64,000 nt of DNA from Comamonadaceae bacterium (GCA_947447985.1 CANFLX010000008.1:9161-73160); one strand, 5' to 3'. Positions 1-9,554 are shown, counted from the first letter of the stretch. Notes: generated by a model not told the origin, from the sequence alone. Made by a program: numbers and translations.

Positions 1-14
1 CCCAAGGCGACCGC

Positions 15-1235
15 TTAAACCGAAGCTGCCTCGACGATAGCCGCCACCGTATCAGCGGTGACGGCGGACAAGGTCCAACCCAGGTGGCCGTGCCCGGTGT
101 TGTAGAACACCTTGGGGTCGGAGCCGCGCCCCACGCGCGGCAGCATGTCGGGCATCATGGGTCGCAGACCGGCCCATGGAATCACATCCTCGGTGCGCAC
201 CCCTGGAAAGCATTGCGCCACCCAGTCGGTCAGCGGCCGGATGCGGTCGGCGCGGATATCGCGGTTAAAGCCATTGAACTCGGCCGTGCCGGCCACCCGC
301 AAGCGGTCGGCGCCCAGGCGGCTGCTCACCAATTTGGTTTCGTCGTCCAGCAGGCTCACCTGCGGTGCGCTGCGCTGACTTTGTTCGTCGTCCAAGTTCA
401 CGGTGATGGAGTAGCCCTTGACCGGGTACACATTGACCCGATCGCCCAGTTGGGCCGCAATGGCGCGGCTTGCGGTGCCCGCGCACACCACCACTGCGTC
501 AAAGCTGCGCTGCTGGGTCTGGCCATCGACCACGCTGGTTATATGCACCTGCTCGCCCTGGCGGCGCACGCTGTGCACTTCTTGCTCGTACAGACACTCC
601 ACGCCCTGGCGCACGGCGGCCGCGGCCATGCCCATGGTGAATTTGTGGATGTCGCCGGTGGCGTCGCTCTCGGTGAAGTAGCCGCCGTAGTAGCTGCCTG
701 CCAGCGTCGGTTCAATGGCTTTCATCTCCGCCGGGGTGACCGCACGGCGGTCCAGCCCGCCTTGGGCCAGCAGCCGGGATACCCGCCCCGCGTGGTCAAA
801 CCCGGCTTTGTCGCGGTAGATGTGCAATATGCCGCGCTCCTCCAGGTCAAAGTCAATGTTCTCTTTGGCTGCCCAGGCAAACAGGTGTTCTCGCGCCGCA
901 ATCGCCAAGCGGGCGGTGGCCACGGTGTTGCGCTGGTAGTGCGGGATGTTGCCGATGAATTCTGCAAACCAGGACAGCTTGTGCCAGCTGGGCTTGGGGT
1001 TGACCAGGAGCGGCGCGTCGGGACGCCAGATCCACTTCAGGCCTTTGAGCACGGTGCCAAAGTGGTTCCACACTTCGGCGTTCGAGGCGGAGAGCTGGCC
1101 GCCATTGGCAAATGAGGTTTCCATCGCCGCATAGCGGTGGCGCTCGATCAGGGTGACGGTAAAGCCGCGCAAAGCCAAGGCATAGGCGGTGGTGACGCCG
1201 GTAATACCGCCGCCGATAACTGCAATCGTTTTCAT
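15..1235 (-). CDS. FAD-dependent D-amino-acid dehydrogenase family oxidoreductase (DadA-like, ~406 aa)
   Basis: Lies in ORF 15..1886(-). Start set at ATG 1235 (MKTIAVIGGGITGV, GxGxxG FAD fold). DadA-like motifs run along the whole length (ETSFANGGQ, YPVKGYS, GLRPMMPD, NTGHGHLGWT). The upstream Arg/Pro-rich part of the ORF overlaps the riboswitch and was discarded. Confidence 0.85.
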   Translation of the reverse strand: MKTIAVIGGGITGVTTAYALALRGFTVTLIERHRYAAMETSFANGGQLSASNAEVWNHFGTVLKGLKWIWRPDAPLLVNPKPSWHKLSWFAEFIGNIPHYQRNTVATARLAIAAREHLFAWAAKENIDFDLEERGILHIYRDKAGFDHAGRVSRLLAQGGLDRRAVTPAEMKAIEPTLAGSYYGGYFTESDATGDIHKFTMGMAAAAVRQGVECLYEQEVHSVRRQGEQVHITSVVDGQTQQRSFDAVVVCAGTASRAIAAQLGDRVNVYPVKGYSITVNLDDEQSQRSAPQVSLLDDETKLVSSRLGADRLRVAGTAEFNGFNRDIRADRIRPLTDWVAQCFPGVRTEDVIPWAGLRPMMPDMLPRVGRGSDPKVFYNTGHGHLGWTLSAVTADTVAAIVEAASV

Positions 1236-1297
1236 GGTGAAGAGTCCAAAACGTCGATAGAAGGAGTCTGCGTGCCCGAATTGGCACTGCAAACGCC

Positions 1298-1503
1298 CCC
1301 TCTGTTTTGGACCTGAGAGATTCATCGACCCAGCGCTTGCGGGCGCGGTGCGACTTGCTCCTTCGGTGCAGCCGAACGACGTGAGGTTCGGACGCTCTTC
1401 AGAGATCAAGGTGGTGCCGGTCCTTTTGCCTGAGAGTTTCCGGGGCGGTTGCTCCTTCGGCGCCGACCCAAGCCTGTGCGGCGTGGTCGGTCTCTCCCGG
1501 CAC
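1298..1503 (-). promoter_or_regulatory. Tandem (two-aptamer) glycine riboswitch in the 5' leader of the DadA-like gene
   Basis: Minus-strand read. Aptamer 1: CGGGAGAGACC...GGCGCCGAAGGAGCAACC...AAACTCTCAGGCAAAAGGACCGG. Aptamer 2: CTCTGAAGAGCG...GCACCGAAGGAGCAAG...ATCTCTCAGGTCCAAAACAGAGG. These match the conserved GGAGAG / ACCGAAGG(A/G)GCAA / CTCAGGCAAAAGGAC cores of the glycine riboswitch family. Confidence 0.8.
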
Positions 1504-1642
1504 CACTGGCAATATGCCAGTCTGATCGGGTCGCGAGAGTTTTCACCCGGTTTCACGACCCAGGTCAATTGTCCCACGAAAATTTGGCGCTGCCACAGCC
1601 AGCGCCAAGGCCGGTGCATCAGGGCATGCACAATGGCTCCAC

Positions 1643-2416
1643 TTGTTTTTCTCCATGCCAGCCAAGCCTCAAAAATCCTCTTCCATTCGGGTGGTGACCT
1701 ACAACATCCACAAAGGCGTGCGCGGGGTGGGGTCCGGGCGCCGCTTGGAGATCCACAACCTGGGCCACGCGATAGCCCGCTTTGGCGCGGACCTGGTGTG
1801 TTTGCAAGAAGTGCGCAAGCTGCACCGGGGGGAGGAAAAGTTTTTTGCGCACTGGCCCGCGCAGCCCCAGGCCGATTTTTTGGCACCCGAAGGCTATACC
1901 GCCGTCTACCGTACCAATGCCATCACCAAGCACGGCGAGCATGGCAACGCCTTGCTCAGCCGCTGGCCGGTGCTCGCACACCGCCATGAAGACATGTCAG
2001 ATCACCGGTTTGAGCAGCGCGGCTTGCTGCATGCGGAAGTGACCTTGCAGGGGCGCAACGTGCATGTGCTGGTGGTGCATTTGGGACTGTTGCGCGCCAG
2101 CCGGGTGCGCCAATTGCAGCAGCTGTGCCGCTACATCCAGCGTGAAATCGCCGCCGATGCACCCGTGTTGGTAGCGGGCGACTTCAACGAATGGGGGGGC
2201 ATGTTGGAGCGCGAGCTGGACAGTGTGGGGCTGTCTACTTTGCGCAAAGGGGGCTGTGCCACCTTTCCCTCGCGCTTGCCTTTATTGCAGCTGGACCATG
2301 TGTTTGCCCGTGGCTTGCGCGCACTGCGCTTGGAGGTGCCGCGCGGCGCCCCGTGGGCCAAGCTGTCCGATCATCTGCCCTTGATTGCAGAGTTTGAACT
2401 GATGCCGCCGCCATGA
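1643..2416 (+). CDS. ybhP: Endonuclease/exonuclease/phosphatase (EEP) family protein
   Basis: Motifs VVTYNIHKG, CLQEV, AGDFNEW and SDHLPLIAEF. The stop overlaps the clsB ATG (ATGA at 2413-2416), as in the E. coli ybhP-clsB arrangement. The start could instead be the ATG 15 nt downstream. Confidence 0.8.
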   Translation: MFFSMPAKPQKSSSIRVVTYNIHKGVRGVGSGRRLEIHNLGHAIARFGADLVCLQEVRKLHRGEEKFFAHWPAQPQADFLAPEGYTAVYRTNAITKHGEHGNALLSRWPVLAHRHEDMSDHRFEQRGLLHAEVTLQGRNVHVLVVHLGLLRASRVRQLQQLCRYIQREIAADAPVLVAGDFNEWGGMLERELDSVGLSTLRKGGCATFPSRLPLLQLDHVFARGLRALRLEVPRGAPWAKLSDHLPLIAEFELMPPP

Positions 2417-3669
2417 GTACGCGTACCGCCCATTTCAACCACCACCAGCGGGTGCATCTGTTGCTAGGCGCGGTCGAGCTGTTTGCTGCCGTGATTGCGG
2501 CGGTGGACGCCAGTGTGAAAGAGGTGCGCCTCGAGACCTATATTTTCCATTTCGACGCACAGGGCGATCGCGTGGCCCAGGCCCTGGTGCGCGCCGCAGA
2601 GCGGGGTGTGTTGGTGTATCTGGTGGTGGATGGCATCGGTACGCCGCCTTTGCCTGCGGAGTGGGTGCAGCGATTCGACGCCGCGGGCGTGCAATGGCAC
2701 CGGTTTTTGCCGTTGGGCTATCTGGGTCTATTTCGCCCTGGACGGTGGCGTCGACTGCACCGCAAACTGTGCGTGGTGGACGATACGGTGGCCTTTTGTG
2801 GCGGCATCAATGTGATCGATGACTGGATCGATCCCCACTACGGAGCCCTGTCATCGCCGCGCTTTGATTTTGCGGTGCAGGTGCACGGTGCGCTGGCGCT
2901 CGAAGTCAAGCAGGCCATGGAGCAGTTTTGGGCCCGGCTGGAACTGTCGCGCCATGTGAAGAGCCTGCGCTCGCCCCAAGCCCGGCGCTTGCTCCGTGAA
3001 GCGGTTCCGCAGGTCGTGCCGCCGCACGCCGTACCCCAACCCCACGCCCACACCCACACCCACACCTACACCTACTCCCATGCGCCAGGCGACAGCGTCT
3101 GGGCTGCGCTGGTGCTGCGGGACAACCTGCTGCATCGCAGCCGCATCGAACAGGTCTACCGCAAAGCCATTGCCGACGCGCGCCATGAGGTCTGGATTGC
3201 AAGCGCCTATTTCGTTCCGGGTCGCAAGTTGCGCCATGCCCTGGTCCATGCAGCGCAGCGCGGCGTGCGGGTGCGCGTCTTGCTGCAGGGGCGCTATGAG
3301 TACTTCATGCAGTACCACGGCGCCCGCACGGTCTACGACGAGTTGATGCAAGCGGGCGTCGAAATCTACGAATACACCGGCGGTTTTTTGCACGCCAAAG
3401 TGGCCGTCGTGGACCAACGCTGGGCCACTGTGGGTTCGTCCAATTTGGACCCCTTGAGCCTGCTGCTCGCACGCGAAGCCAATGTGGTGGTGCGGGATGT
3501 TCCGTTTGCGAAGTTGCTGCGCGAACGCCTGCTCGAAGCCGTGCAACAGCATTCGACCCGGGTGGATCCTGAGATGTATGGGCACCGCAGTCACTGGCAG
3601 CGTGGCATGGACATGGTGGCCTTGGGCGTGATGCGTCTGGTTTTGTTTTTGATCGGCCGGCGCTATTGA
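2413..3669 (+). CDS. clsB: Cardiolipin synthase ClsB (phospholipase D family, two HKD motifs)
   Basis: HKD motif 1 is HRKLCVVDD and HKD motif 2 is LHAKVAVVDQRWATVGSSNLD. 418 aa, no N-terminal TM helices, and an EEP gene immediately upstream. Confidence 0.85.
   Translation: MSTRTAHFNHHQRVHLLLGAVELFAAVIAAVDASVKEVRLETYIFHFDAQGDRVAQALVRAAERGVLVYLVVDGIGTPPLPAEWVQRFDAAGVQWHRFLPLGYLGLFRPGRWRRLHRKLCVVDDTVAFCGGINVIDDWIDPHYGALSSPRFDFAVQVHGALALEVKQAMEQFWARLELSRHVKSLRSPQARRLLREAVPQVVPPHAVPQPHAHTHTHTYTYSHAPGDSVWAALVLRDNLLHRSRIEQVYRKAIADARHEVWIASAYFVPGRKLRHALVHAAQRGVRVRVLLQGRYEYFMQYHGARTVYDELMQAGVEIYEYTGGFLHAKVAVVDQRWATVGSSNLDPLSLLLAREANVVVRDVPFAKLLRERLLEAVQQHSTRVDPEMYGHRSHWQRGMDMVALGVMRLVLFLIGRRY
3034..3080 (+). 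repeat. Imperfect CACACC/CACCTA hexanucleotide microsatellite inside clsB, encoding PHAHTHTHTYTYSH
   Basis: Direct read: ccccaaccccacgcccacacccacacccacacctacacctactccca. It lies in the linker between the two PLD domains. Confidence 0.8.
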
Positions 3670-3792
3670 AAGGCGACCACCGGGCCATGGACTTCAGAGT
3701 GAAACGAGGCGTTTCTGCAGGGTCGGTGCTGTGCCTTAGGGTTATTCAAACGCTGGTAATATGACCAGTCGATATACAAATCACCCTACGCT

Positions 3793-4494
3793 ATGACCTC
3801 ATCCGAAGACGACATCGGAACCCCGGTATCCGTCAAAATCCGCGAGCGCATCCTGGCAGCACGTAAGCGCTTTAACGCCAATGACAATATCTCTGAGTTT
3901 GTCCAAGCCGATGAGCTCGGCGCTTTGCTCGATGAAGTCGAAGGCAAGATGCAAGGGGTGCTCGACAGCTTGGTGATTGATACCAACAACGACCACAACA
4001 CCGCCAACACCGCACGCCGGGTGGCCAAGATGTACCTCAATGAGGTGTTCCGCGGCCGCTACGTGCCTGCCCCCGCGATCACCGAGTTCCCCAATGCCGA
4101 ACATTTGAACGAACTCATGATCGTCGGCCCCATCACTGTGCGCAGTGCTTGCAGCCACCACTTTTGTCCGGTGATAGGACAGATTTGGATCGGCGTGCTG
4201 CCCAACGAACACACCAATGTGATTGGCCTGAGCAAGTACGCACGCCTGGCCGAGTGGGTCATGGGCCGCCCGCAGATTCAAGAAGAGGCGGTGGTGCAAC
4301 TGGCTGATCTGATTCAAGAGAAAACCCAGCCCGACGGCCTGGCCATTGTGATGGAGGCCAGCCACTTTTGCATGTCCTGGCGCGGCGTCAAAGACATGGA
4401 CAGCAAAATGATCAACTCGGTGATGCGCGGTGCGTTCCTGAAAGACCCCAACCTGCGCCGGGAGTTTCTGGCGCTTCTCCCCAAGAAAGGCTGA
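3793..4494 (+). CDS. folE: GTP cyclohydrolase I (FolE type)
   Basis: 233 aa. Motifs VRSACSHHFCPV, VIGLSKYARLAEWVMGRPQIQEE and VMEASHFCMSWRGV line up with the catalytic C-terminal half of E. coli-type FolE. Confidence 0.85.
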   Translation: MTSSEDDIGTPVSVKIRERILAARKRFNANDNISEFVQADELGALLDEVEGKMQGVLDSLVIDTNNDHNTANTARRVAKMYLNEVFRGRYVPAPAITEFPNAEHLNELMIVGPITVRSACSHHFCPVIGQIWIGVLPNEHTNVIGLSKYARLAEWVMGRPQIQEEAVVQLADLIQEKTQPDGLAIVMEASHFCMSWRGVKDMDSKMINSVMRGAFLKDPNLRREFLALLPKKG

Positions 4495-4497
4495 CCC

Positions 4498-4920
4498 ATG
4501 CTCGTTCGTTTGCTTTATGCCAGCCGCGCCGTGGACCCTGCAGCGGTCGCGATTGATGAAATTTTGGCCAAGTCGCGCCAGGGAAATCCCAGTTCGGGCA
4601 TTACCGGCATCCTTTGCTACGGCGGCGGTATTTTTCTGCAAGCCATTGAAGGCGGTCGCAATGCGGTCAGCGAACTTTACGGCCACATTCAGCGGGATTC
4701 GCGCCACAAAGACGTGGTGCTGATGCACTACGAAGAAATTGCCGAGCGTCGCTTCAGCGGCTGGACCATGGGGCAGGTCAATATGTCCAAGATCAATACC
4801 AGCATCCTGCTCAAGTACGCAGAAAAACCCGAGCTCGATCCCTACAGCGTTTCGGGCAAAGTTTCGCTGGCGCTCTTGGAAGAGCTGATGGCCACGGCCT
4901 CCATCATCGGGCGCGCCTAA
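4498..4920 (+). CDS. Stand-alone BLUF-domain blue-light (FAD) photoreceptor, 140 aa
   Basis: BLUF hallmarks are present: Tyr in MLVRLLYASRA, Gln in GGIFLQAIEG, and W-x-M in FSGWTMG. No output domain. The ATG lies 3 nt after the folE stop. Confidence 0.85.
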   Translation: MLVRLLYASRAVDPAAVAIDEILAKSRQGNPSSGITGILCYGGGIFLQAIEGGRNAVSELYGHIQRDSRHKDVVLMHYEEIAERRFSGWTMGQVNMSKINTSILLKYAEKPELDPYSVSGKVSLALLEELMATASIIGRA

Positions 4921-4944
4921 ATTCTCTCGCGAACCGAGACGGGG

Positions 4945-5784
4945 GTGCCCGGCGCGCAGCCTCTTCTGCTGGGCTGCGATTTCTCCAGCGCCCCGAGCAA
5001 ACGCAAACAGATCATGCTGGCCTGGGGCCAGTGCGACGGGCACCGTGTTCGCCTGACGCAGCTGCAGGGACTCAGCAGCCTGCCCGATTTTTTGACCGCC
5101 TTGCAAAACGCCCCGCACTGGGTGGGCGGTTTCGATTTGCCCTTCGGCCTCCCGCGCGAATTGGTTCAGTCCTTAGGCTGGCCCCTCCAATGGCAGGAGT
5201 GCATTCGTCACTACGCCTCCTTGAGTCGTGCCGACATCCGTGCCCAGTTCGCCGCGTTTTGTGATGCGCGCCCCGTGGGTGGCAAATTTGCCCACCGTGT
5301 CACGGACCTGCCTGCCGGATCCAGTTCTTCCATGAAGTGGGTCAACCCGCCGGTGGCCTATATGTTGCACGCGGGTGTGCCGCTGCTGCTGGCGTCGGGC
5401 GCTTACTTTCCGGGTTTGCAGCCCGCTGCTGCAACGTTCAGCCGTGTCGCGCTGGAAGCCTACCCCGGCATGCTGGCGCGCGAGGTTCTGGGCAGTCGAA
5501 GCTACAAAAGCGATGACCGCGCCAAGCAGACGCCGGAGCGCCTGATTGCGCGCAAAGACCTGGTCAATGCGCTGGAGTTGGGTCAATCACGATGGCAGCT
5601 CAGACTGCACCTCAGCCATGCGCAACGTGACGCTTTGGTGGCCGACGCCAGTGGCGACACCCTGGACGCTGTGCTGTGCCTGGTACAAGCGGCGTGGGCG
5701 CAGCAGCGCCATGTTCAGGGGGATCCGCTCTACGGATTGCCGGCGGACATGGATCCTCTGGAGGGTTGGATTGTGGGCGCGTGA
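4945..5784 (+). CDS. Hypothetical protein, DUF429-like (predicted RNase H-fold)
   Basis: GTG start. N-terminal [12 protein letters not shown] and [10 protein letters not shown] resemble DUF429 proteins as I remember them. No search was done. It starts 24 nt downstream of the BLUF gene. Confidence 0.45.
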   Translation: MPGAQPLLLGCDFSSAPSKRKQIMLAWGQCDGHRVRLTQLQGLSSLPDFLTALQNAPHWVGGFDLPFGLPRELVQSLGWPLQWQECIRHYASLSRADIRAQFAAFCDARPVGGKFAHRVTDLPAGSSSSMKWVNPPVAYMLHAGVPLLLASGAYFPGLQPAAATFSRVALEAYPGMLAREVLGSRSYKSDDRAKQTPERLIARKDLVNALELGQSRWQLRLHLSHAQRDALVADASGDTLDAVLCLVQAAWAQQRHVQGDPLYGLPADMDPLEGWIVGA

Positions 5785-5830
5785 ACAGGTGTATAACCCT
5801 GCCCCAGTCAACACACAACAAGGAATCAGC

Positions 5831-6544
5831 ATGGGTGCGCAGTGGAAAGCAAAAGGCAAGGAACTTGCCGCAAACGCCAAAGGCCGTGCCTTTGGCAAAT
5901 TGGCCAAAGACATCATGCTGGCCGCGCGCAACGGAGCAGACCCAGCGTCCAATGCCCGCTTGCGTCTGGTCGTTGAGCAGGCCCGCAAAATTTCCATGCC
6001 CAAAGACACCCTCGATCGGGCCATCAAAAAGGGCGCAGGTTTGACCGGTGAGGCGGTGAACTTCGAGCACGTGATTTATGAGGGCTTTGCCCCCCACCAG
6101 GTGCCGCTGATGGTGGAGTGCCTGACCGACAACGTCAACCGCACCGCGCCCGAGATGCGTGTTTTGTTTCGCAAAGGCCAGCTCGGTACCTCGGGCTCGG
6201 TGTCATGGGATTTTGACCATGTGGGCATGATTGAGGCGGAGCCCGCGCTCGCAGGTGCTGACGCCGAGGTGGCGGCGATTGAAGCGGGTGCACAGGATTT
6301 TGAGCCCACCGATGAAGGCGGCGTCGCTGTCTTCCTGACCGACCCGACCGATCTGGACCTGGTCAGCCGCGCGCTGCCTGCACACGGCTTTACGGTCTTG
6401 TCAGCCAAGCTGGGCTACAAGCCGAAAAATCCCGTCAATCCTGCCAACCTGAGCCCGGAGCACCTCGAAGAGGTGGAAGCCTTTTTGGCCGCCATTGATG
6501 CCAACGACGACGTTCAAAACGTCTACGTCGGCTTGGTGGGCTAA
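5831..6544 (+). CDS. yebC: YebC/PmpR family transcriptional regulator
   Basis: Start set at ATG 5831 inside ORF 5546..6544. [28 protein letters not shown] and [20 protein letters not shown] are typical YebC N-terminal motifs. Confidence 0.9.
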   Translation: MGAQWKAKGKELAANAKGRAFGKLAKDIMLAARNGADPASNARLRLVVEQARKISMPKDTLDRAIKKGAGLTGEAVNFEHVIYEGFAPHQVPLMVECLTDNVNRTAPEMRVLFRKGQLGTSGSVSWDFDHVGMIEAEPALAGADAEVAAIEAGAQDFEPTDEGGVAVFLTDPTDLDLVSRALPAHGFTVLSAKLGYKPKNPVNPANLSPEHLEEVEAFLAAIDANDDVQNVYVGLVG

Positions 6545-6554
6545 GCGTTTCGCA

Positions 6555-7319
6555 TTACCGGGCTGCGCAGACACTGCAGCCTGGTCGGCGCGCCATGCGC
6601 ACCTGGGTCCACTCCATGCTGCGTCCATCGAGCATTAGCATGCGCCCCGCGAGTGCCTGACCCATTCCACCGATTAACTTGAGCGCCTCGGCGGCTTGCA
6701 TGGCGCCAATAATGCCCACCAGCGGTGCGAACACTCCCATGGTTGCGCAGTGGGCCTCCTCGGGCACCACCTGCGGGTCAAACACGCAGGCATAACAAGG
6801 GCAGTGGCTGTCCGTCGGGTCGTAGACCGTGATTTGTCCATCCATTTGGATGGCGGACCCCGAGACCAAAGGTTTGCCATGGCGCACGCAAGCCGCGTTC
6901 ACGGCGTGGCGGGTGGCGAAGTTGTCGCAGCAGTCCAGCACGACGTCGGCACTTGCAACCAGCTCGGCCAGAAGTTGTTCGTCAGCGCGTGCTGCGAACG
7001 CGCTGACTTCGGTGTGCGGATTCAGAGCTTGCACGGTGGCTTGTATGGACTCCACTTTCAGCATGCCCACCCGCTCGGTGGTGTGGGCGATTTGGCGCTG
7101 CAGATTGGTCAGGTCCACGCGGTCGTGGTCTACCAGGGTGATGTGCCCCACGCCTGCGCAGGCCAAATACATGGCCGCAGGGGACCCCAAACCACCCGCG
7201 CCAATCACCAGCGCATGGCTTTGCAAAAAGCGGGTTTGTCCTTCGAAACCGATGTCGTCCAGCAGGATATGGCGCGAGTAGCGCAGCAGTTCCTCGTCAC
7301 TCAAACTGCGCCCGGCCAT
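6555..7319 (-). CDS. moeB: MoeB/ThiF family adenylyltransferase (probable molybdopterin-synthase adenylyltransferase)
   Basis: LLRYSRHILL, the nucleotide loop VIGAGGLGSPAAMYLACAGVG, and zinc Cys pairs CPCYAC and CSVC. 254 aa. Confidence 0.75.
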   Translation of the reverse strand: MAGRSLSDEELLRYSRHILLDDIGFEGQTRFLQSHALVIGAGGLGSPAAMYLACAGVGHITLVDHDRVDLTNLQRQIAHTTERVGMLKVESIQATVQALNPHTEVSAFAARADEQLLAELVASADVVLDCCDNFATRHAVNAACVRHGKPLVSGSAIQMDGQITVYDPTDSHCPCYACVFDPQVVPEEAHCATMGVFAPLVGIIGAMQAAEALKLIGGMGQALAGRMLMLDGRSMEWTQVRMARRPGCSVCAAR

Positions 7320-7326
7320 GCCCCGG

Positions 7327-8763
7327 TCAGTCTTCTTTGACTTCGGCCTTGCGCTCAGTCTGCGTTTTGCTGACCAGCACGGGTTGGCCTTTGAGCTGCT
7401 TCAGCGCCTGGGCAAGCTGGAAGTCTTTGTCGCTGCCAAATTCGGGCGCTCTGCGATCTGCAACGGGCTTGCGGGACTCTTCTTCCAAGCGCTTCAGGGC
7501 TTCCTCACGGGCCTTTTCACGGGCTTCGTCTTTCACCTCGGCGCCCTGGCCGCTGGCCAGGTGTTTTTCCAGATCCGCCTCACGGGTACGCAGAACCGCA
7601 AAGGGGCTGCCCTGTTCGGTCTCGTCCACCATCACGTTGGGCACAATGCCTTTGGCTTGGATGGACTTCCCGCTGGGAGTGTAGTAACGCTGGGTGGTAA
7701 TTTTGAGCCCCGTGTCAGGGCCCAGCGGCCGGAATGTCTGCACCGACCCCTTGCCAAAGGTCTGGCTGCCCATGATGGTGGCGCGCGCATGGTCTTGCAA
7801 GGCTCCCGCCACAATTTCGCTTGCGGAAGCCGATCCCTCATTGACCAAGACCACCAGATCGACTTTTTTCAGCCCGGCAGGCAGTCCCTTGAGCGGGTCA
7901 GAACCGGCGCGCCCCTGGTAGTCGCCGCGGCTGGCCCGCAAGGTTTGTTTGCTGTCAGGTGTTTGCCCTTTGGTGGAAACCACGGTTGCGTTCTCCGGCA
8001 AAAACGCCGCAGAGATCGCCACCGCAGCGTTGAGCAATCCGCCGGGGTCATTGCGCAAGTCCAGCACCATGCCTTTAATCTTGGGGTCTTGCTTGTAAAT
8101 TTCGTTGACTTTCTTCACAAAGTCCTCAACCGTGGGTTCGCGGAACTGGCTGATCCGTACCCAGGCGTAGCCGGGCTCGATCACTTTGCCCCGCACCGAC
8201 TGTTGTTTGATTTCTTCGCGGATGATGGTCACGGGAAACGTACGATTTTCATCTTTGCGGTAAATCGTCAGGATCACCTTGGTGGCCGGTTCGCCGCGCA
8301 TGCGCTTGACCGCTTCACCCAGACTGAGTCCCTTGACAGGGGTGTCATCAATTTTGGTGATCAGGTCGTTGGTTTTCATGCCGGCGCGAAAGGCAGGGGA
8401 CCCCTCAATCGGACTCACGACTTTCACCAAACCATCTTCTTGTGTGATTTCGATGCCAACGCCCACGAACTTGCCTGCAGTGTCCTCGCGGAACTCTTTG
8501 TAGGCTTTCTTGTCGTAGTACACCGAGTGGGGGTCCAGGCTGGACACCATGCCGGCAATGGCGTCGGTGATCAGTTTTTTCTCATCCACCGGCTCCACGT
8601 AATCGCTTTTGATCAGTCCAAAGACCGTAGAGAGCTGCTGCAGTTCCTCCAAAGGAAGCGGTGCATAGGTGCTGCGCGCCACCGTTTGCAAGGACACGGT
8701 GCACATCGCGCCAGCCACAACGCCGAGCGAAATCCAGCCTGCAATTTTCAGTTTTTGACCCAT
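7327..8763 (-). CDS. S41 family C-terminal processing peptidase
   Basis: N-terminal membrane anchor and a PDZ region (GIEI...GSPAFRAGMKTNDLITKIDD). S41 core LRNDPGGLL and VLVNEGSASASEIVAGALQD. Confidence 0.9.
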   Translation of the reverse strand: MGQKLKIAGWISLGVVAGAMCTVSLQTVARSTYAPLPLEELQQLSTVFGLIKSDYVEPVDEKKLITDAIAGMVSSLDPHSVYYDKKAYKEFREDTAGKFVGVGIEITQEDGLVKVVSPIEGSPAFRAGMKTNDLITKIDDTPVKGLSLGEAVKRMRGEPATKVILTIYRKDENRTFPVTIIREEIKQQSVRGKVIEPGYAWVRISQFREPTVEDFVKKVNEIYKQDPKIKGMVLDLRNDPGGLLNAAVAISAAFLPENATVVSTKGQTPDSKQTLRASRGDYQGRAGSDPLKGLPAGLKKVDLVVLVNEGSASASEIVAGALQDHARATIMGSQTFGKGSVQTFRPLGPDTGLKITTQRYYTPSGKSIQAKGIVPNVMVDETEQGSPFAVLRTREADLEKHLASGQGAEVKDEAREKAREEALKRLEEESRKPVADRRAPEFGSDKDFQLAQALKQLKGQPVLVSKTQTERKAEVKED

Positions 8764-8807
8764 ACAGCTTCCATTAGAACGTCATTGGTGGTGCTTGGCA
8801 CCCAGGT

Positions 8808-9554
8808 TTACGCAACTTTGCCTTGCGCCGCCACCGCTTGGGCCGCGCGCTCTGCCGCCTGGGCATCGCCGAGATAGTAGTGGGTAATTGGTTTCAGGTT
8901 GGCGTCGAGCTCGTATACCAGCGGAATGCCATTGGGTATGTTCAGTCCCACGATATCGTCGTCCGAGATGTCGTCCAGGTATTTCACCAGCGCGCGGATG
9001 GAGTTGCCGTGGGCAGCCACCACCAGCCGCTTGCCCGCACGCAGGCCCGGCGCCAGCGCCTCGTTCCAAAAGGGCAGCACCCGTGCCACGGTGTCTTTCA
9101 GGCATTCGGTCAAGGGCACTTGGTTGGGTTGCAACTTGGCGTAACGGGGGTCGCTGCGCTCGCAGCGTGGATCGTCTACGGCCAGAGTGGGGGGCGGCGT
9201 GTCGTAACTGCGGCGCCAGACCAAGACCTGGTCGTCGCCGTATTGCTTGGCGACTTCGGCCTTGTTCAGGCCTTGCAGCGCGCCGTAATGGCGTTCATTC
9301 AGTCGCCAGGAGTGCACCACCGGCAGCCAGGTGCGGTCCATCGCGTCCAGACAGTGCCACAGCGTGTGGGTCGCGCGCTTGAGCACACTGGTGTAAGCGA
9401 CGTCAAAGTCATAGCCTTCACTTTTGAGTAACTGGCCGGCATTTTTAGCCTGTGCAATGCCCAACGGGGTGAGCTCGACATCGGTCCAGCCGGTAAAACG
9501 GTTTTCAAGATTCCAGGTGGACTCGCCGTGGCGAATCAAGACAAGTTTGTACAT
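8808..9554 (-). CDS. gpmA: 2,3-bisphosphoglycerate-dependent phosphoglycerate mutase
   Basis: Start set at ATG 9554 ([23 protein letters not shown]). Also [12 protein letters not shown] and [12 protein letters not shown]. Confidence 0.95.
   Translation of the reverse strand: MYKLVLIRHGESTWNLENRFTGWTDVELTPLGIAQAKNAGQLLKSEGYDFDVAYTSVLKRATHTLWHCLDAMDRTWLPVVHSWRLNERHYGALQGLNKAEVAKQYGDDQVLVWRRSYDTPPPTLAVDDPRCERSDPRYAKLQPNQVPLTECLKDTVARVLPFWNEALAPGLRAGKRLVVAAHGNSIRALVKYLDDISDDDIVGLNIPNGIPLVYELDANLKPITHYYLGDAQAAERAAQAVAAQGKVA

Noticed and set aside
1236-1886. The 5' extension of ORF 15..1886(-) would give a 623-aa protein.
   Set aside because: The extension is Arg/Pro/Gly-rich with no motif. It runs through the glycine riboswitch and into the divergent EEP gene. 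The DadA homology starts exactly at the ATG at 1235.
3799-5118. A 439-aa ORF lies antisense to folE and the BLUF gene.
   Set aside because: It is a typical GC-rich shadow ORF with Ala/Gly/Arg/His-rich composition and no motifs. The opposite strand carries two proteins with clear family signatures.
7318-8877. A 519-aa ORF lies antisense to the S41 protease gene.
   Set aside because: It is a shadow ORF of a confidently identified gene and has low-complexity composition.
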